Of a stretch of DNA of 64,000 nucleotides, positions 62,374 through 64,000 are shown piece after piece (position 1 is the stretch's first letter; each line of letters opens with the position of its first letter). A program made the translations under genes and the position numbers. The notes under the pieces are model-generated. The model searched no databases and was not told the DNA's origin. It saw nothing but the letters and a program-made list of their open reading frames with translations. The stretch is from Hyalangium minutum (GTDB taxonomy: Bacteria > Myxococcota > Myxococcia > Myxococcales > Myxococcaceae), in the NCBI RefSeq assembly GCF_000737315.1, contig NZ_JMCB01000006.1:1-64000 (forward strand). Direction: 5' to 3'.

Positions 62374-62551
62374 GGCTCGCCGGAGTGGGGGCTCCCGTGG
62401 GCCCGACCATAGCGCGGCCAGGGGCGATGCCTACTTCCTGACGAGCGGGAGCCACGGGTAGGCCCCCTTGCCCGGTAGGTATCCACTGTGGGCCCTCAGG
62501 TTCGGGCACGGGGACACGGTCCTGGGGGCACAGGTCGCGGGTCCCTCGGCT

Positions 62552-62593
62552 CGGTGCGGGGCCCCCCGTCAGCGGACGGGTCCTCCCGCACCG
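62552..62593. terminator. GC-rich two-segment stem-loop downstream of ettA (terminator or REP-like)
   Basis: CGGTGCGGG...CCCGCACCG outer stem enclosing a CCCGTC-AGCG-GACGGG inner stem; no clear U-tract. Confidence 0.35.
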
Positions 62594-62621
62594 GCCGTCC
62601 CGCTCTCCCTCGGCTCACGGC

Positions 62622-64000
62622 TCAGTTCTTCGTCAGCGGCCGGTACCGGATGCGGTGCGGCTGCAGCGCCTCGGGCCCCAAGCGCTTCTTCTTGTCCGCC
62701 TCGTAGTCCTGGAAGTTGCCCTCGAAGAAGAACACCTTGCTGTCCCCCTCGAACGCCAGGATGTGCGTCGCGATGCGGTCCAGGAACCACCGGTCGTGGC
62801 TGATCACCACCGCGCACCCCGCGAAGTTCAGCAGCGCCTCCTCCAGGCTCCGCAGCGTCTCCACGTCCAGGTCGTTCGTCGGCTCGTCCAGCAGCAGCAG
62901 GTTGCCACCGCTCTTCAGCATCTTCGCCAGGTGCACCCGGTTGCGCTCGCCGCCCGACAGGTCCTTCACCCGCTTCTGCTGATCCTGACCCTTGAACGCG
63001 AACCCCGCCAGGTACGCACGGCTCGGCATCTGCCCCGCCCGTCCCAGGTCGATGTGGTCCAGCCCGCCGCTGACCTCCTCGAACACCGACTTGTCCCCAT
63101 TCAGCGCGTCACGGCTCTGGTCCACGTAGGCCAGCTTCACCGTCTCGCCCACCTTCAGCTCGCCCGCGTCCGGCTTCTCCACGCCCGTGATCATCCGGAA
63201 CAGCGTCGTCTTGCCCGCACCGTTCGGCCCAATCACGCCCACGATACCACCCGGCGGCAACTTGAAGTTCAGGTCCTCAACCAGCAGCCGGTCTCCGAAC
63301 GACTTGCGCAGCCCCTTCGCCTCCACCACCAGCCCGCCCAGCTTCGGCCCCGGCGGAATCGTCACCTCGCCGGTCGCATCGCGCTTCTCCTGCGTCTGGT
63401 TGACCAGATCCTCGTACGCCTGGATGCGCGCCTTGCTCTTGGCCTGACGCGCCTTCGGGCTCGCCCGCACCCACTCCAGCTCGCGCTTGAGCGTCTTCTG
63501 CCGGTGGCTCTCCGCCTTCTCCTCCAGCTCCAGCCGCTTCTGCTTCTGGTCCAGCCACGAGGAGTAGTTCCCCTTCCAGGGCACGCCCTCGCCCCGGTCC
63601 AGCTCCAGGATCCACTCCGCCACGTTGTCCAGGAAGTACCGGTCGTGAGTAATACTGACGATCGTCCCCTTGTAGTCCTTCAGCGCCTTCTCCAGCCACG
63701 CCACGCTCTCGGCATCCAGGTGGTTGGTGGGCTCGTCCAGCAACAGCAGGTCCGGCTTCTCCAGCAGGATGCGGCACAGCGCCACACGGCGCTTCTCACC
63801 GCCCGACAGCTTCGTCACGTCCGCATCGCCCGGCGGCAGCCGCAGCGAGTCCATCGCCATCTCGATGGTCCGGTCCAGCTCCCAGCCGTTCGCCGCATCA
63901 ATCGCGTCCTGCAGCTTGCCCTGCTCGGCCAGCAGCTTCTCCATCTCCGTGTCGCTCAAGGGCTCGCCGAACTTGGCGGACACCTCGTTGAAGCGATCCA
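62622..64000 (-). CDS. ettA: Energy-dependent translational throttle protein EttA (ABC-F), 5' part outside window
   Basis: [21 protein letters not shown], linker [40 protein letters not shown]. Confidence 0.93.
   Translation of the reverse strand, partial: DRFNEVSAKFGEPLSDTEMEKLLAEQGKLQDAIDAANGWELDRTIEMAMDSLRLPPGDADVTKLSGGEKRRVALCRILLEKPDLLLLDEPTNHLDAESVAWLEKALKDYKGTIVSITHDRYFLDNVAEWILELDRGEGVPWKGNYSSWLDQKQKRLELEEKAESHRQKTLKRELEWVRASPKARQAKSKARIQAYEDLVNQTQEKRDATGEVTIPPGPKLGGLVVEAKGLRKSFGDRLLVEDLNFKLPPGGIVGVIGPNGAGKTTLFRMITGVEKPDAGELKVGETVKLAYVDQSRDALNGDKSVFEEVSGGLDHIDLGRAGQMPSRAYLAGFAFKGQDQQKRVKDLSGGERNRVHLAKMLKSGGNLLLLDEPTNDLDVETLRSLEEALLNFAGCAVVISHDRWFLDRIATHILAFEGDSKVFFFEGNFQDYEADKKKRLGPEALQPHRIRYRPLTKN

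Overview
High-GC window that looks myxobacterial (orphan histidine kinases, a Ser/Thr kinase-PilZ fusion, Cys-rich lipoproteins; the taxon is inferred). It holds about 37 genes, and I recognised no rRNA, tRNA, CRISPR array, transposase or integrase. Three blocks stand out. (1) At 1-3750 (-), a TIR-NACHT-pentapeptide-WD40 NLR-like gene that the ORF track misses and that runs off the window. Its 126-bp WD40 repeats are almost identical in DNA and vary mainly at four codons per repeat. (2) At 25812-40979 (-), a three-gene cassette: a 2797-aa CARDB/FG-GAP/Ig surface protein, a 2140-aa signal-peptide-bearing protein (degenerate transglutaminase + DUF6531 + Rhs/YD + unusual C-terminal domain), and a small downstream membrane protein that is a candidate immunity protein. 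This is my best candidate for an uncharacterised system. (3) At 41139-51281 (-), a yfa/mag-type alpha-2-macroglobulin operon with an intact CLEQ thioester motif, plus a YfaQ-like protein carrying HExxH, SxxK/SxN/KTG and SpoIID-like motifs. A KS-III gene behind a strong sigma54-type promoter heads a possible small biosynthetic unit at 55454-58187. The rest is metabolism, transport and signalling, ending in a partial ettA. All domain calls come from motif recognition by eye; no searches were run.
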